DNA of 64,000 nt. Origin: Octopus sinensis (taxonomy: Eukaryota). The notes beneath the pieces are model-generated. The model saw only the letters and a program-made list of their open reading frames with translations, searched no databases and was not told the origin of the DNA. The DNA lies in the NCBI RefSeq assembly GCF_006345805.1, contig NC_043019.1, positions 28,829,360 to 28,893,359 on the forward strand, read 5' to 3'. Below, one piece after another: positions 12,227 through 25,403 of the stretch. A program made the position numbers and the translations under genes. Positions within the stretch are counted from its first letter, which is position 1. Every line of letters starts with the position of its first letter.

Positions 12227-12600
12227 TCATCGTTTAACGTCCGCTTTCCATGCTAGCATGGGTTGGACGGTTCAACTGGGGTCTGGCAAGCCCAAAGGCT
12301 GCACCAGGCCAGTCAGATCTGGCAGTGTTTCTACAGCTGGATGCCCTTCCTAATGCCAACCACTCCGAGAGTGTAGTGGGTGATTTTATGTGCCACCGAC
12401 ACAGGTGCCAGACGGCCACACTCGGATGGTGTTTTTTATGTGCCACCGACACAGGTGCCAGACGAGGCTGGCAGACGGCCACGCTCGGATGGTGTTTTTT
12501 ATGTGCCACCGACACAGGTGCCAGACGAGGCTGGCGAACGGCCACGATTGGATGGTGTTTGTTACGTGCCCACAGCACGGAGGCCAGTCGATGCGGTACT
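12226..12600 (-). mobile_element. SINE family B with internal tandem repeats
   Basis: Three GTGCCACCGACACAGGTGCCAGACG units. Confidence 0.82.
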
Positions 12601-14246
12601 GAAAACAGAATATTTGACCTGGGTATGGCCAGTTAGCAGTCTAAAAAGTTAATACAGATCTTGTTATTTAGCTCTTCTCTCTCTGTTCTGTCCTGGGCAG
12701 CAAATATACAGTCAAAAGCAGGAACCTTTTCTAGACAGTGTATCTTGGAGTACATTATTCGGTGTGTCCTTTTAAAAGAAGATAGTTATGATTTATGAAG
12801 GTTATGGTATTTCACTCGCAATTATATGGTCATGAGTTTGATTCCTGGCAACACATTGTGGCCTTAAGCAAGACACTTTACTTCACGTTTTCCCTTTCAT
12901 TTAACAAAAATGAGTTGCATCTGTAATTCAAAAGGCCAGCCTTGTCACACAGTGTGTCATGCTGAATCTGCCTGAGAACTACATTAAGAGCACATATGCC
13001 TGTGGAGTACTCAGCCACTTGCATGTTAATTTCATTAGCAGGCTGTTCCAGTGATCAGAACAACTGGAACCCTCATTGTAACTGACACTACCAGTTGAAG
13101 ATTTGACTGCAGTTTCTAGCAACTTGCATAGTCATCTAGAGGAGCCTTTGTTGGCCTATTTAGCTTAGTGGTATACTTTGTTAGATTTAGTCACATAGGT
13201 TGTTGGGGTGAAATCTGAGGATACATAAGTCTTCAAATGCTTATAAAATTAAGAACCAAAAAAAAAAAAAAATCTCATTAGTTGTGATGCATGGTTAATA
13301 AGTTTACTTCGCAACCACATGGTTTGGGGTCCAATCCTAATGTGCTGCATCTTAAGTGTTTTCTACCAGAGTTTCAGGTTGACCAATGCCTTATGAAGGA
13401 AATTATGTAGATGGAACCTGCATGTGTGTGTGTTTTGACAAGTGATTGCTGATAAATTGGTGTCAAGTAAAAATACTTGTTCTTTCGCTTGAGTTAGGTC
13501 CCTTTATGCTGAGGTGCACTTTGCCCAGAATTTATTTTATTCATTCAACAGCTAAGTACAGGGGTTGATGTAATTGATGGTAATGAAATACCCCAGTATG
13601 GCCATGGTACAAAGACCAAAACACTATTAAAATCTATTGAAAGGCTCTGAAAGTTTGTTTTTACTCCAAACTGTTTAAGCTGGATACATTTAGCCCCATA
13701 TAATGGCCTAAATTATCAGTCTGCACCAAGGATAAAATAATACTTATTGGCCTTTTTTCAGTTATTTAAGGATAAGGAAGTATTTTTGATGTAAAAATTA
13801 AATTCTTCTTTCTGTTAGTGTGTGTGTGTGTGCATAGTAAAACCTACAGTGAACTTACCATGGGGAATCTGTTTTGGACAGTCCTTTAGGCAAAGTTGAA
13901 AGAGAAATTAACAAGGATTGTATTTGAAACATTGGATTTTCCCACATTCCGTGACAGTCCTCCTATTTTACTATATAATTTAATCTTGCTGGCACAGACC
14001 AAACACCAGCCTCTCTGAAGTCTGTGTGTGTGTGTACACAAAAATTTGTGTCAGTAATTAAAGTTTAAAATCCAAGCTTTCTATTTTGTAAATTCTCTTA
14101 GAAGAACATCTATGAAGCATCATGAATTATTAAAGTGAGTGTAGATATTTAACAGCTGGGTCTGCCGATCTTCAAATATTGTTTGTTCAACTATAAAACC
14201 TTATATATGGCTTTGTTTTATTTATATATATATTTTTCCTTTGTAG

Positions 14247-14395
14247 GATTCCGCTGCCGATGTGAGGGTCTTTATTGCAGTCTTCATCGTTATTCGGATA
14301 AGCATAGTTGTACATTTGATTATAAGGAGATGGCTCAGGAACAAATCCGGAAAAATAATCCTGTTGTTGTAGGTGAAAAAATTCAGAAGATTTGA
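14247..14395 (+). CDS. ZFAND5: ZFAND5/6-like, last coding exon (AN1 finger C-terminal half)
   Basis: tttgtAG acceptor; [48 protein letters not shown], the canonical AN1 C-terminus of ZFAND5/6. Confidence 0.97.
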
Positions 14396-17300
14396 ATTTC
14401 ATTTGGATTAGAACAAAACTGGGTGATCTGGCAAAGATGAACTGACACAGGGATTAATTTTGGTGTTTAACACTCATTGCCAAATACCCTTGAACTTTGC
14501 ATTCCCATGTTCATCAACGATGAGGTTTTCACTAGAAACTTGGATATATTCAGATATGATGGCCTGTATGTTTTTAAATTCTGCATCTGCACCCTATCTA
14601 GCAGCTTTTTCATCTAATTAAATGATTTAAAAACAAACACCCTTAAAAGAAAAAAAAAAGACTCATGGTCCATGACTCCTTAACTTTGGGAGTCGTTAGC
14701 TTCTGTGATTTGGAGAGAAGGAAAACTATTGTGTAATGACAAAAAACAAAACAAAAAAAAAAAGGAAATGTCTTAAAAGAAAGTGACTATTTGGTTGGAT
14801 TTTCTTTTTTTTAGAACAGCCTTTGCTATAACTTGTCATAATTCTTAGGATCAAATTAATATTTTCCTTTTAAAACGATTTTGCTTCAAGAAATAGGTTG
14901 GAGTTAACTCTCATGTCCACCAATTCTACACTAATCTACAACTTCACTCTTTATTTAGCTTTAATATTATTTTAAAAATTATTTATTATTCCTCTTTTAA
15001 ATTAAACTTTTGCTTTTATCTTATCTGCCAATATCAAGAGAGCTCGTTTAAAAACTGTTCTGCTCTACATCCTAATTACCAGTGATCATCTAAGATGGGT
15101 TCTGTGTAATAATTAATTGACTTGTGGATTTCTGCCCTGAATTTGTTGATCTTAAATGTAATTCTACATTTAGCCAATAAATGGATCCATTGTCTTTTGA
15201 AATTATTGAGACATTATTGGTTGGTGATTTCAATCCTTCTCCTTTTAAATTATGAAAAAACAAAACAAATGAAATCTTAGCAAAAGTGAGAACACAAATG
15301 GATGTGAAAAATCTTAATTCCCAGCAACCTTTTCCTCTTTAAAGCCTGAGTATCTTGGGTGGTCTAGCGAGAACGGGATTGAATTTCTTTGTTAGAAATT
15401 TCTCTAATATGATATTAGAAGTATCTTTTGAATTTAGTATTGCTAAGAACAGAAGAGCGCAGTTTTTTTTTTTTTTTTTTTTTTTTAAATTATGATTACA
15501 TTTTCCTTAATTTTTTTCTTTTTTTTTTGTTTTATTTGGCTGAAATCTGAAATGGAAGTCACTTGAATTTCATAACAGAAATTTATTTGGGTATTTTGAC
15601 ATAGCTCTCTCAAACTGTCCAATCTTTTGACTCTGCCAAATATTCACTTACACAATGGAATGTTGAAATTTTGCTTGATTGAAAGTTATCTGGATTACCA
15701 CTAAAATCTTAATTAGCATTTAACTAGTTGTCGTTTCCATGTAGGTTACTGAGGTTTTTTTGATACCAGACCAGATTTCACTAAAACTTCCAACATAAAT
15801 GACAGGCCAGTTGGAGTGCTTAGTGCAACCTAAGACTTCTATTCTAATAATAATCATTTATTTTTACTGTATTCAGGCTTTAAACCCAGCTTCCTATTAA
15901 CATTTTATCACAAGATCTTTTTTAGCAGACTAATAATTATCAATGTGTTATTACTGACAATTTAATAATCTTCTTAAACTTCATTTATCCATAACTAAAT
16001 CTTCCAAAGACTGCTGGGTTTTCTTTGTTTTTACTCCCATCCATCTTTATGGTATGTCAAGCATATATTTTGTCTTCTTCCTCGTGCTATCCATGGAAGA
16101 TTTCTATATAATTTCTAAATGCTTTTGAGTATTTTTGTGCTGTTACAGAAGTTCAATAAATTGTCCACATTTTTTCCCCATTTACCTATGAATTGTTTTT
16201 ATTTTTCAACTCTCTCTCTAGATACTGTTCACAACTTACACTTACCACACACTGCATTCTTTAAACTGTTTACTCTCCATCCCATTCCAGCCTTTCAAAT
16301 GAAAATGCTCTTTCCGTTGTTACGGAATTGGCATTTGTGTATAAAAACAAAAGTTCTTCCTTCACACACTCATACACACACACACACTGTATTTCGATCA
16401 GCAAATTAGCTGATTGCCTTGGTCACTCATATATAAGGATAATAAATTTCTTATGATTAAGTAAAAAAGCTTGTTCATAAATTATCTAATAACTGCAATA
16501 TTTTTCTTCTTTTGTTTCCAACTTATGTAAAATAGTTGCCATTTAGTTTCAGGAATATAGAATGGGTTTTTTTGTGTGTATATATATTATCTTTGTGTGT
16601 ATATATTTATTTGTGTATAGGTGTGTATATACATAATTTAGCTGTACAGCTAGAGAAGTGACTCGAGGACCAAGAGTTTCGTGTATTGCACTTGTCAAAC
16701 CTGTATCTATTTTAGAATTGTTCTAGTAAGTGATTTTGATATGTTGAAATTGAAACAGTTATACCATGCAAGAACCATTTTAGCCATCTAAAAATATACC
16801 AAACTACTAAGTTCATTTTCATTTTTTTCCTCCTTGATTCAAAATTTTCATTGCACCACTTGTGACCTGGTTGCATTTGTGTGACAGAAATTTTGGCGAG
16901 ACAAAAAATGAAAACTAAATACAAGTTTCGTATTTTCAGATGACTAAAATTGCTCTCCCACAATTATTATTGCTGTGCATGTGTATGTTTGTGCATTTTG
17001 TTTTTAATACTGCAAATAATCCAAAACAACATTGTAAAATCACTAAGTATTTTCTTTACACTATATATGTATATATATATATTTACCAAAGGCATGTTTG
17101 ACTTTGTGGTGTATGTGAGCTGTATATTTAATATTAATTTCTATTAAAACTAATCCTCCTGCTAAATATATATCTTTAGGGCTCCACCCCACCTAATTTA
17201 ATCAGTTATGTTGAGATGCAAGTAATATTATTTCCTGCCACTTCTAAGACTTGTTGGAGTCCAGCCCCAAACCCCGCAAAAACAAACAACCAGACTTCAT

Positions 17301-17922
17301 GAAATAGTATTTTTGTAAGATTATTATATAAAAGTTTTTTTTCCATTTTTCTTTTGGAAAAAGACAAAAACTCCCCATTTCTGAATGCCTGCTGGTTTGA
17401 TTTAGTCTAATTTAAAAAAAAAAAAAATATGTAAAATGTATTTTAATCTTTGACATTTTTAATTAAGTACTTGTAACTTAGGAAGTAATTTTTCATAATT
17501 TAAAAATGCAGTTAATACATCAATGCAGTTATTTTTGTTATTTATTTTTCCTTAATCTAAAACCATTTGCTTGCTCTCTCTCTCTCCATTTTATATTTTA
17601 ATGTTTATTAGTAATAATAATAATAATCTTTTACTATATGAAAGTTTTCCAGCAACAAACTAATTCTTCCACAATTAAGTGATGTTTATTATCTGTGTGT
17701 GAGGTTTTTGTCTTGTGAAAAATTACATTTGGTCAGGTGATGCAGGCTTATAAAACTAGTTTTTGTTTTGTTGGGTTGAATTTTTTCTTCTTCCTGCTAG
17801 CAGCCATTATTTGCCTTGATACTTTTCATTGAAAGCATGGCACTTTTGTGCTCAGATTTAAAATCCTTTAAAAGTTTTTACGCTTTTTTTAATTTTTAAA
17901 ATAGTTGTGAATAAGTATTTGA

Positions 17923-17928
17923 AATAAA
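17923..17928 (+). terminator. Candidate poly(A) signal of the ZFAND gene
   Basis: AATAAA at the point where strand composition switches, with U/GU-rich sequence downstream. Confidence 0.5.
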
Positions 17929-17950
17929 CAACCATGAGCAAGAATTGTTA

Positions 17951-17956
17951 TTTATT
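17951..17956 (-). terminator. Candidate poly(A) signal of ZO-1
   Basis: TTTATT on + (AATAAA on -); TACA motifs (TGTA on -) lie upstream in ZO-1 orientation. Confidence 0.5.
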
Positions 17957-19470
17957 CTGTATACACACATGCATTGTGTTTAACATATATATACATTATA
18001 ATACATTTTTTTTCTTATACATATATTGTAAATGTAATTAATAACAAGACTGGAAGATTATTTCTGAATATCAATATATACTTTTAAAAAAATCTTCTGT
18101 ACAAAATTGTCACTTTCAAAGATCTATTACAATCCTTGTTCCGAGTTAGTTTTTAAAGGCTTAAGCTGATTGATCAATTGAATGAAATCATTACTGAATT
18201 TTAATTGTATCAAACTGGAATAAAAATTGAGCAAGATACTCTTCCAAATTATTATTATTATTTTTTTTTTTTTTAAATTCAAATACAAATTAATCCTATC
18301 TAAGCTGCCATCTTTTTTTTTTCTTGTGTCTAAATTTTATTCACAATAGAAATAGTTTGATACAATAACTTATAACTTCAGCTTTCTTTGCCTGCCTACT
18401 TTAAAACATTAAGAGCCGTCTGTCTGTTGAAAAGTAGTGAGTAGTTTATATATACTGAATCAGGCAATTTACTCGAGAAAGGAAAACTGGTTCTATTTAT
18501 ATTTCAAAGCTCTTCAGCCAGAGTAGCATCAAAGCAAAGTGTTTTGAGGAGAAGAAAAAAAAAATGGTTTCTTCATATATTTCTTAGCTGTTCAGACAAA
18601 GTATCAAAGAAGTGAGGTTGTATTGTCATGACAATCATTACTATTACATAAACTAGACATTAAGAAAAAAAAAGCCATTTACAGATCTTAAGCTAACCCT
18701 AATTTGAAGCTATTGCTGCCCTCTTAACCATATTTTGAGACAAAAATAATTCAGCACGCAGCTTGAGATTATTACACACAAGGAAAAGAATATTTTTGAA
18801 ATAATGAAATTGTAGACTCTTATTCAGATTTATAAATGCCCTTTAAAGTTTCTGCCTTAATACAAAATATATATATCTATATATGACCGCGTAGTTTTAC
18901 TTAGTTTGAGACAAATTTCATCATAGGAGAAAACTGACCTCCCATTTTTTTTGCTTGCTTTCAGTATTGAGTGCTTAAAGTTTTCAAACAGTTCCCTGTC
19001 TTAGTATTCTCTCTCCCTACACACACTGCATAGAAAAAAATTAAAATTAAAATCTCTGATCGCATAACTGGAGAATCTGTAGTTTCGGTGCTCATAGATG
19101 GATAAGAAATTAAACCTTCCACTAATTTAATTATTACCTTAGTTTTTCTCTCCCTCATCTTCATTTTATTTCACTTTCTAAATTGTTTTGCAGTCTGTGT
19201 AGTGAAGTTTGACTCAACAGCAATGGGAGGTGATTGAACTAAATATCAGATTGTTGTTGCCTGTCTATGTTCTCTCGTTTTTCGTATTTTATTTCATTAA
19301 TTGCTTTGCTGTGTCTGTAATGTGTTGTGGTTTTGGCTGAACAGCTGCAGAAATGTTTTCAAAAGAGCTGATATGTTTTATCAGTGTCTTTGGTAAGTAG
19401 GCAGGCAGGCATGTGTGTTAAGTGGCTTTGCTATTGCCACAGTGTTCCAGCAAAATGTTTTTTAAAAGTA

Positions 19471-19574
19471 TTAAAAATGATCCACTAGCACCGACACGCT
19501 ATTCTTTCCAACTTTGCCATGTGCTACACCGTCCATTCCAGCTAGGGTTAGATTCTGCCATTGAGTAGGATGAC
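19471..19574 (-). CDS. TJP1: Tight junction protein ZO-1, last coding exon
   Basis: tttcAG acceptor; GHPTQWQNLTLAGMDGVAHGKVGKNSVSVLVDHF*; the terminus matches vertebrate ZO-1 VSVLIDHF. Not in the ORF track; read by hand. Confidence 0.95.
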
Positions 19575-20210
19575 CTGAAAATAAAATAAAATTGCACTCA
19601 TTTAGATGTTACAAACAAGAAATACTGGTAATATGTGTGTGTGTGTGTGTGAATATGAACATTTTATTCCTTTTAGAAAACTAACACAATTTGTTTATGA
19701 CAACAAATAGGCCCAGATCAACTCTAAACAAACAGCTTTTTGTCAGTTTTGACAATGTGCAAAGAAATGAACAACTCTAGTGTTCAACTGGTATTTATTC
19801 GATCGACCCCCAAAAGGATGAAAGGTAAAGCTGACCTTAGTGGAATTTGAACTCAGAACATAGGCAGGCGAAATGTTACAATTCTGCCAGCTTGTTGCCT
19901 TTGTTGAATCAATATTGGTTTCAAATTTTGGTACAAGGCCAACAATTTTGGGGGAAGTTCTAAGTTGTTTACATCAACCCCAGTGTTCAGCTGGTACTTA
20001 CCCCCCCCCCCCGCCGCCCCGGTAAAAATGAAAGGCAAAGTCAACCGTGGCAGAATTTGAACTCATTGCATAAGGGCAGATGCAATGCCACTAAACATTT
20101 TGCCTGGTGTGCTAACAATTCTGCCAGCTTGCCACCTTTGATTGAATCAATATTGATAGTATGGTTGGTGTTTTGACTACAATGATTTGAACCCTGATTA
20201 TAGAGATTAA

Positions 20211-20429
20211 CTCTTTTGTTACTGTATTTATTTTGAGATGCTGTGTTTCTTTCAATTACTTTAAATATAACAAAGAATTTAGTAAAATAACTTAGTCACA
20301 ATTTATGCTCCTAACACTAGCTTAATGATGACTAAGGTTTGGTGGAAAATTTTAGTTCAAAACTTATGAAAACAAGACATTTGTATGATGGAGCTAGAGC
20401 CAGTTTCAGCTGGGCTGGTAATGAAAGGG
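20211..20429. mobile_element. piggyBac-like MITE, family 2
   Basis: TTAA-CTCTTTTGTTACT...GGTAATGAAAGGG-TTAA; related inverted copy at 28388. Confidence 0.7.
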
Positions 20430-22032
20430 TTAAAGTAAATGCTACAAAGATTTGAGGCAAGTACTCCAGAAAGTCTCTTTTGTGTCAGTCATTGGACTCC
20501 AGCCATGCCTTGGAGGGATCTAGTTGAATGAATCACCCTTAATACTTATTTTTTTGAAGCCTGGTTCTTATTCTGTTAGTGTCTTATGATGGACTGCTAA
20601 GTCACAGGGACATAGACAAACCAACACCAGTTGTCACTTGGTGGTGAGGGACGTGTGTGTGTGTGTATATATATATATACATACACACTCACAATGGGCT
20701 TCTTTCAGTTTCCATATACCAAATCCACTCACAAGGTTTTAGTCAACTTGGGGCTAGAGTAAAAGGCAGTTGTCTTGCAGTGGGACTGAACCCAGAGCCA
20801 TATGGTTGAGAAGGAAACTTCTAAGCACGCAACCTCACCTAAACGCATACACACACACACACACAGATGTATGATTGACACAAGAAAGACCCTGTTAATA
20901 AATTTGAATCCTTGTCGTTTAGAGCCTTGTCAGCCCTAATCCAAAAAAGGCATAATGCTTCTCTGTCAAGTAAGTAGCTTCATCTGAGATATTGCATCTG
21001 AGTAATATCCCATGGCACTTAACTTTTTAAAACGAGAAGGTATCACTTAAGCAGAATCACTGTCATTTAATGTCCACTTTTCCATGCTTGCATGGGTTGA
21101 ACAGAATTTATTTGAAGCAGATTTTCTAGTCAGATGCTCTTCCTGTTGCCAACCCTCATCTCTTTGCATGCAACATTTTTCCTGCAGATATTGGGACAAG
21201 GAGATACAAACACGCACACATACATATATGATAAGTATCTTTCAGTTTCTGTCTACCAAATCTACACTCAAGACTTCCATCAACCCAAAACTATAGTGGC
21301 AAACTCTTGCCCAAGTTGTCGTGCAGTAGGACGGAACCGGGGACTGTGCAGTTGGGAAGCAAAAGTGTTGCCACACGGCCATGCCTGCTAATTTCTAAGA
21401 CATTTGTCCAGAGTTGCTGTGTATTGGGATTGATTCCAGAGCCACGTAGTTGCCAAGCAAGAATTCTTCTTAAACACAACACTGCCTGTACCTAAAGCAA
21501 TATCTGCAGTAGATGGTAGATAAGTTGTGCTGTAGATTTCTATCAAAAGGCTTGGTCAGTGTAAATAGAGAGACATAGCAAGTGAGAGTCAAGGTTTTTG
21601 GTTGTGTGAAGTAAAAGTTACAAAATAGTTTGATATGTTTGACGAATTGGTGGTGAGGAAGATGGATTTTTTTTTTTTTAAAACAGGGTGCCCTTCTTAT
21701 CAGCTCTCACCTATTTCCAGGTAAGGTAATATTTCCCCATGTCCAGATATGTTTTTCACAGAAAATTAGAAACAAATACAGTGTGTATGACGATGAGGCA
21801 AACTCAAAACACATATACAAGCGTGTGTGTATATATATATATTTATATATATAATGGGCTTTTTTCCGTTTCCATTTACAAGGCTTTTTTGTTCACCCAG
21901 AGCTATAGTTGATATGTGGGTTCATCCCAGTGTGTGGAATTGAACCGACATACATGGTTAAGAAGTAAACCTCTCAACTACCCAGCCATATTTGTGTGTG
22001 TGTGTGTGTATATATATGTATATATATATACA

Positions 22033-22066
<34 letters not shown>

Positions 22067-22721
22067 ACATCGGTGGCGTGGAGAGGGGAGGCTGGTATGC
22101 ATGGGCAACTGCTGGCCTTCCATAAACAACCTTGCTCGGACTTGTGCTTCAGAGGGTAACTTTCTAGGTGCAATCCCATGGTCATTCATGACCGAAGGGG
22201 GTCACAACACACACACATATAGCTTGAGATATGACTTTTGTTACTCAAGAAATAAGCATTCCTGGTAGTCACACATATGCAACTTTAAAACATATACTGT
22301 GTCACAACTATTCTACCTGAGGTGTGCATGTGACTGAGGAATACTCAGTCACTTAGACAATCCAGTGAGCATTGTAGTAGTACTGACAATCACGCAACTG
22401 TGATAATCGCTGAAGCCCAACGTCAGCCAGATCCATTATTCAGTTTAAACAGTCAAAACCAACACTCGTGTGATCTATTTTGTTTAAATAGACCAAAATG
22501 AACTCAGTAATTTAGAAATTAAACCAACACTCATCGTTCATTTAGTGATTAAAATCTATCTATTATGTAAGCAAGGCTGCTAAGATTCTAAACTACTGAC
22601 CACATTGTTGTAAGTTCAAACTTTACAACAACCATTGTCTCATTGGGAAAGACAGACATTCCAGCTGTGGCCATCTTGTCTTTGTAAAGGTATGTCAAGA
22701 CATTATCCAATGTGTTATTTT

Positions 22722-23015
22722 TCTTTCCCAAGAGATTTGGGTCCAGTTTGAGGGAAATTTGGCTGCTATTTCTAGCTGGTTGAATGGATTATTTTTCTTT
22801 CCCAAGAGAGCTGGGTGTGGTTTGAGGGAGATTTGACTGTTATCTCCCTCAATGTCGAATGTGTTTTCTTTTTTCCTTTCCCAAGAGAACTGGGTCCAGT
22901 TTGAGGGAAATTTTGCTGTTATCTCCTGCAAGTTGAATGTGTTTTTTTCTTTTCCAAGCAAGCTGGGTGTGGTCTGAGGTAGGTTTAGCTGTTATCTCTA
23001 GCAGCTTGAATATGT
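22722..23015. repeat. About 70-bp tandem repeat, 4 units, ABAB pattern
   Basis: TTTCCCAAGAGA(N)CTGGGT(CCAG/GTGG)TTTGAGGGA(A/G)ATTT...GCTGTTATCTC repeated. Confidence 0.85.
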
Positions 23016-23474
23016 AAAGGCTCCCTTGTTGGCTCATAAATTTCTTTCATGGGATAGTGCTAAGACCATTTTTATGCCCATTTTTCCTGACTGGCAGGGG
23101 CTGGACACGACTTTTCTGAGGGAGTGATTTATGGCCAGGCACCCCGCATGTTGACTTTTATTATACAACACCAAATTGACCCCATTACTTATTCTATCAG
23201 TCTCTTTTGTCAAATAGCTAAGCTACAAGGATGTAAACAAACCAACACTGTCGAGCAGTGGGGTAGACAAACAAACAAACAAACACACACACACATGCTA
23301 AGCTTCCACAGTTTCCATTTAACAAATTCATTGACAAAGTAGAAGACACCAGCTCATGGTGCTGTGCAGTGGGACTGAACCTAGAACCACATGGTTGCAA
23401 GTGAACCTGTTAAACACAGAGACGTTTTGGAACATTTCTAAAGGACAAAAAGATAATGATGATGATGACAATAC

Positions 23475-23618
23475 CTGTAGGAGAATCACTTGATTTGAGT
23501 GCAAAGGACCAGCTGTCGGGGTTAACGGAAGCACAGTGGGGCAAGCGCAGTTCAACAGGTTGATTGAATTTCAGTCCATGTGGACCACACATCACCAGGG
23601 GACTCAGTAGGGTTTCAC
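23475..23618 (-). CDS. TJP1: ZO-1 ZU5 domain exon
   Basis: 144 nt, phase 1/1, AG/GT sites; GETLLSPLVMCGPHGLKFNQPVELRLPHCASVNPDSWSFALKSSDSPTG, nearly identical to the ZO-1 ZU5 domain. Confidence 0.97.
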
Positions 23619-23799
23619 CTGTGAAATAATTAGAAAGAAAGAAAGAGTGAAAGAGAGAGAGAGAGATTAACAGATTGAAATGTGACTTGGCCACATCTGG
23701 GACCTATCTATGTCTGGGATTCAGCAATGTCTGCTAGGACCCAGCTTTATTTTTGTATCTTTCACTTGATTGCAGCCATACTAAGACCCTGAACAAACC

Positions 23800-24112
23800 A
23801 ACTCCTGTACTTATTTCTTAAAATCTGCTATTTATTCTATTGGTCAACTTTTTTTTTCTTTTTGCTGAACTGCTAAGTTACAGGGATGTAAACAGACCGA
23901 CATCAGTTGTCAAGTGGTGATGGAGAACAAACACAAAGTCACACATTATTGATGGGCTTCTTTCAGGTTTCCATCAACCAAATCCTCTCACAAGTCTTAG
24001 GTCAGCCTGAGCTTATAGTAGAAGATACTTTCCCAAGGTGCCATGCAGTGGGACTGAACCTGAAACCATGTGGTTTGGGAAGCAAACTTCTTACCACACA
24101 GCCATGCCTGTG
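23800..24112 (-). mobile_element. SINE family A
   Basis: Reverse-complement head (CCAAGGTGCCATGCAGTGGGACTGAACC) and tail; further minus copies near 20485-20830, 23130-23410, 25690-26050 and 28615-28890. Confidence 0.75.
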
Positions 24113-24541
24113 CTTACAATTGAATGAACTGTTGAGCAATGATGGAAATCTCTCAAACCATGCTATCCTTGATATTGCTACACATATTGAAGGTGTCATA
24201 GAGAGAGCTTCTATATGGTTGCAAGATGTGCTAGAAATAGTGTCCGAATCTCAATTAAAATACACCCTACTGTTTCCAAAAGCAGAAGGATATATTTAAT
24301 AATCTAGTCCTAGGTACATCTTCAGATAAGACTGGGCAACAGATTAAGGACACTAGCCAAGCACAGAGTTACTACACAGTTATCATTTACCAAATTTTAA
24401 CACAAGACATTGGTCAATGTAAGGTTATAGAAGACATTTGCTGAAAGTGCTGTGTACTGGGCTAGAACCAAGGAACCTCATGACTGCAAAGTGAAGTTCT
24501 TCATCATAGCCATGCCTGTGCTAATATCTATTTATTTATTA

Positions 24542-24757
24542 AGGTTGCGAGCTGACAGAAACGTTAGCATGCTGGGTGAAATGCTTAGCGGTATTTCATC
24601 TGTCTTTACATTCCGAGTTCAAATTCCGCCATGGTTGACTTTTCCTTTCATCCTTTCAGGGCTGATAAATTAAGTACCAGTTGTGTACTGCGGGTCGATC
24701 TAATCGACTGGCCCCCTTCCCCAAAATTTCGGGCCTTGTGCCTAGAGTAGAAAAGAA
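24542..24757 (+). mobile_element. tRNA-derived SINE family E
   Basis: GAGCTGACAGAAACGTTAGC...GAGTTCAAATTCC...GATAAATTAAGTACCAG...GTAGAAAAG; copies near 4423, 19785-20140, 25000-25175, 40800-40997, 47480-47620 and 60335-60730. Confidence 0.78.
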
Positions 24758-25206
24758 TATTTATTTATTTATTTTGTACCTTAAGCTTTAAGATTCATAA
24801 AGCTAGTTATTTGGTTCCCATGCATACAAGAGGCTGAAATCATATTTTTGCTGAATGGGATACCAGTCCCTTGCAGGGTTCTAAAGTCAGGCAATTTTGA
24901 TGTTAGGAAGGGCATCCAGCTGTTGAAACCAAACCGAAACAGACAATGGATCCTGGTGTGGCCAGCAATGGAAATGGAGCTTAAATGATGATGATGAGTG
25001 AATTGATTGCATCAACCCCAGAACTTAAATGTTTTTTTATTTTATTTTATTGACCCTGAAGAGACAAAAGTCAAAGCTGACCATGGCAGGATTTGAACTA
25101 AGAATGTGAAGAGCCAGGAGACATGATGCTCAAGCATTTTGTCTGATGTGCAAATGGTTCTGTCAGCTCACTGCCTTTCCCATGCCAATATTTGTATAGA
25201 ATAAAG

Positions 25207-25403
25207 CAGCGGTTTTCAATTATAGACCCCAGGGCCACATGGGGCCCTCAAGCATCCTTCTAGCAGCCCCTAACAGCCTTTCCTCTATAAATATTATAAT
25301 TTTTTCTTTAATTGATTTGTGTTCTACTTTTTTGAGCGCAGCCCCCTAAAAAAATCCAGGTTTGGGATTCTGACCCAGATGTTAAAAACTTTAAGAATCA
25401 CTG
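25207..25403. mobile_element. Old hAT-like MITE
   Basis: Ends CAGCGGTTTTCAA / TTAAGAATCACTG; TSD decayed. Confidence 0.55.

Larger units (their letters stand above)
14396..19470. other. Tail-to-tail 3'UTR-like region of ZFAND (+) and ZO-1 (-)
   Basis: Lies between the two stop codons; AT-rich unique sequence with homopolymers and TGTA motifs; no recognisable SINE or MITE, unlike the flanking introns. Confidence 0.7.
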
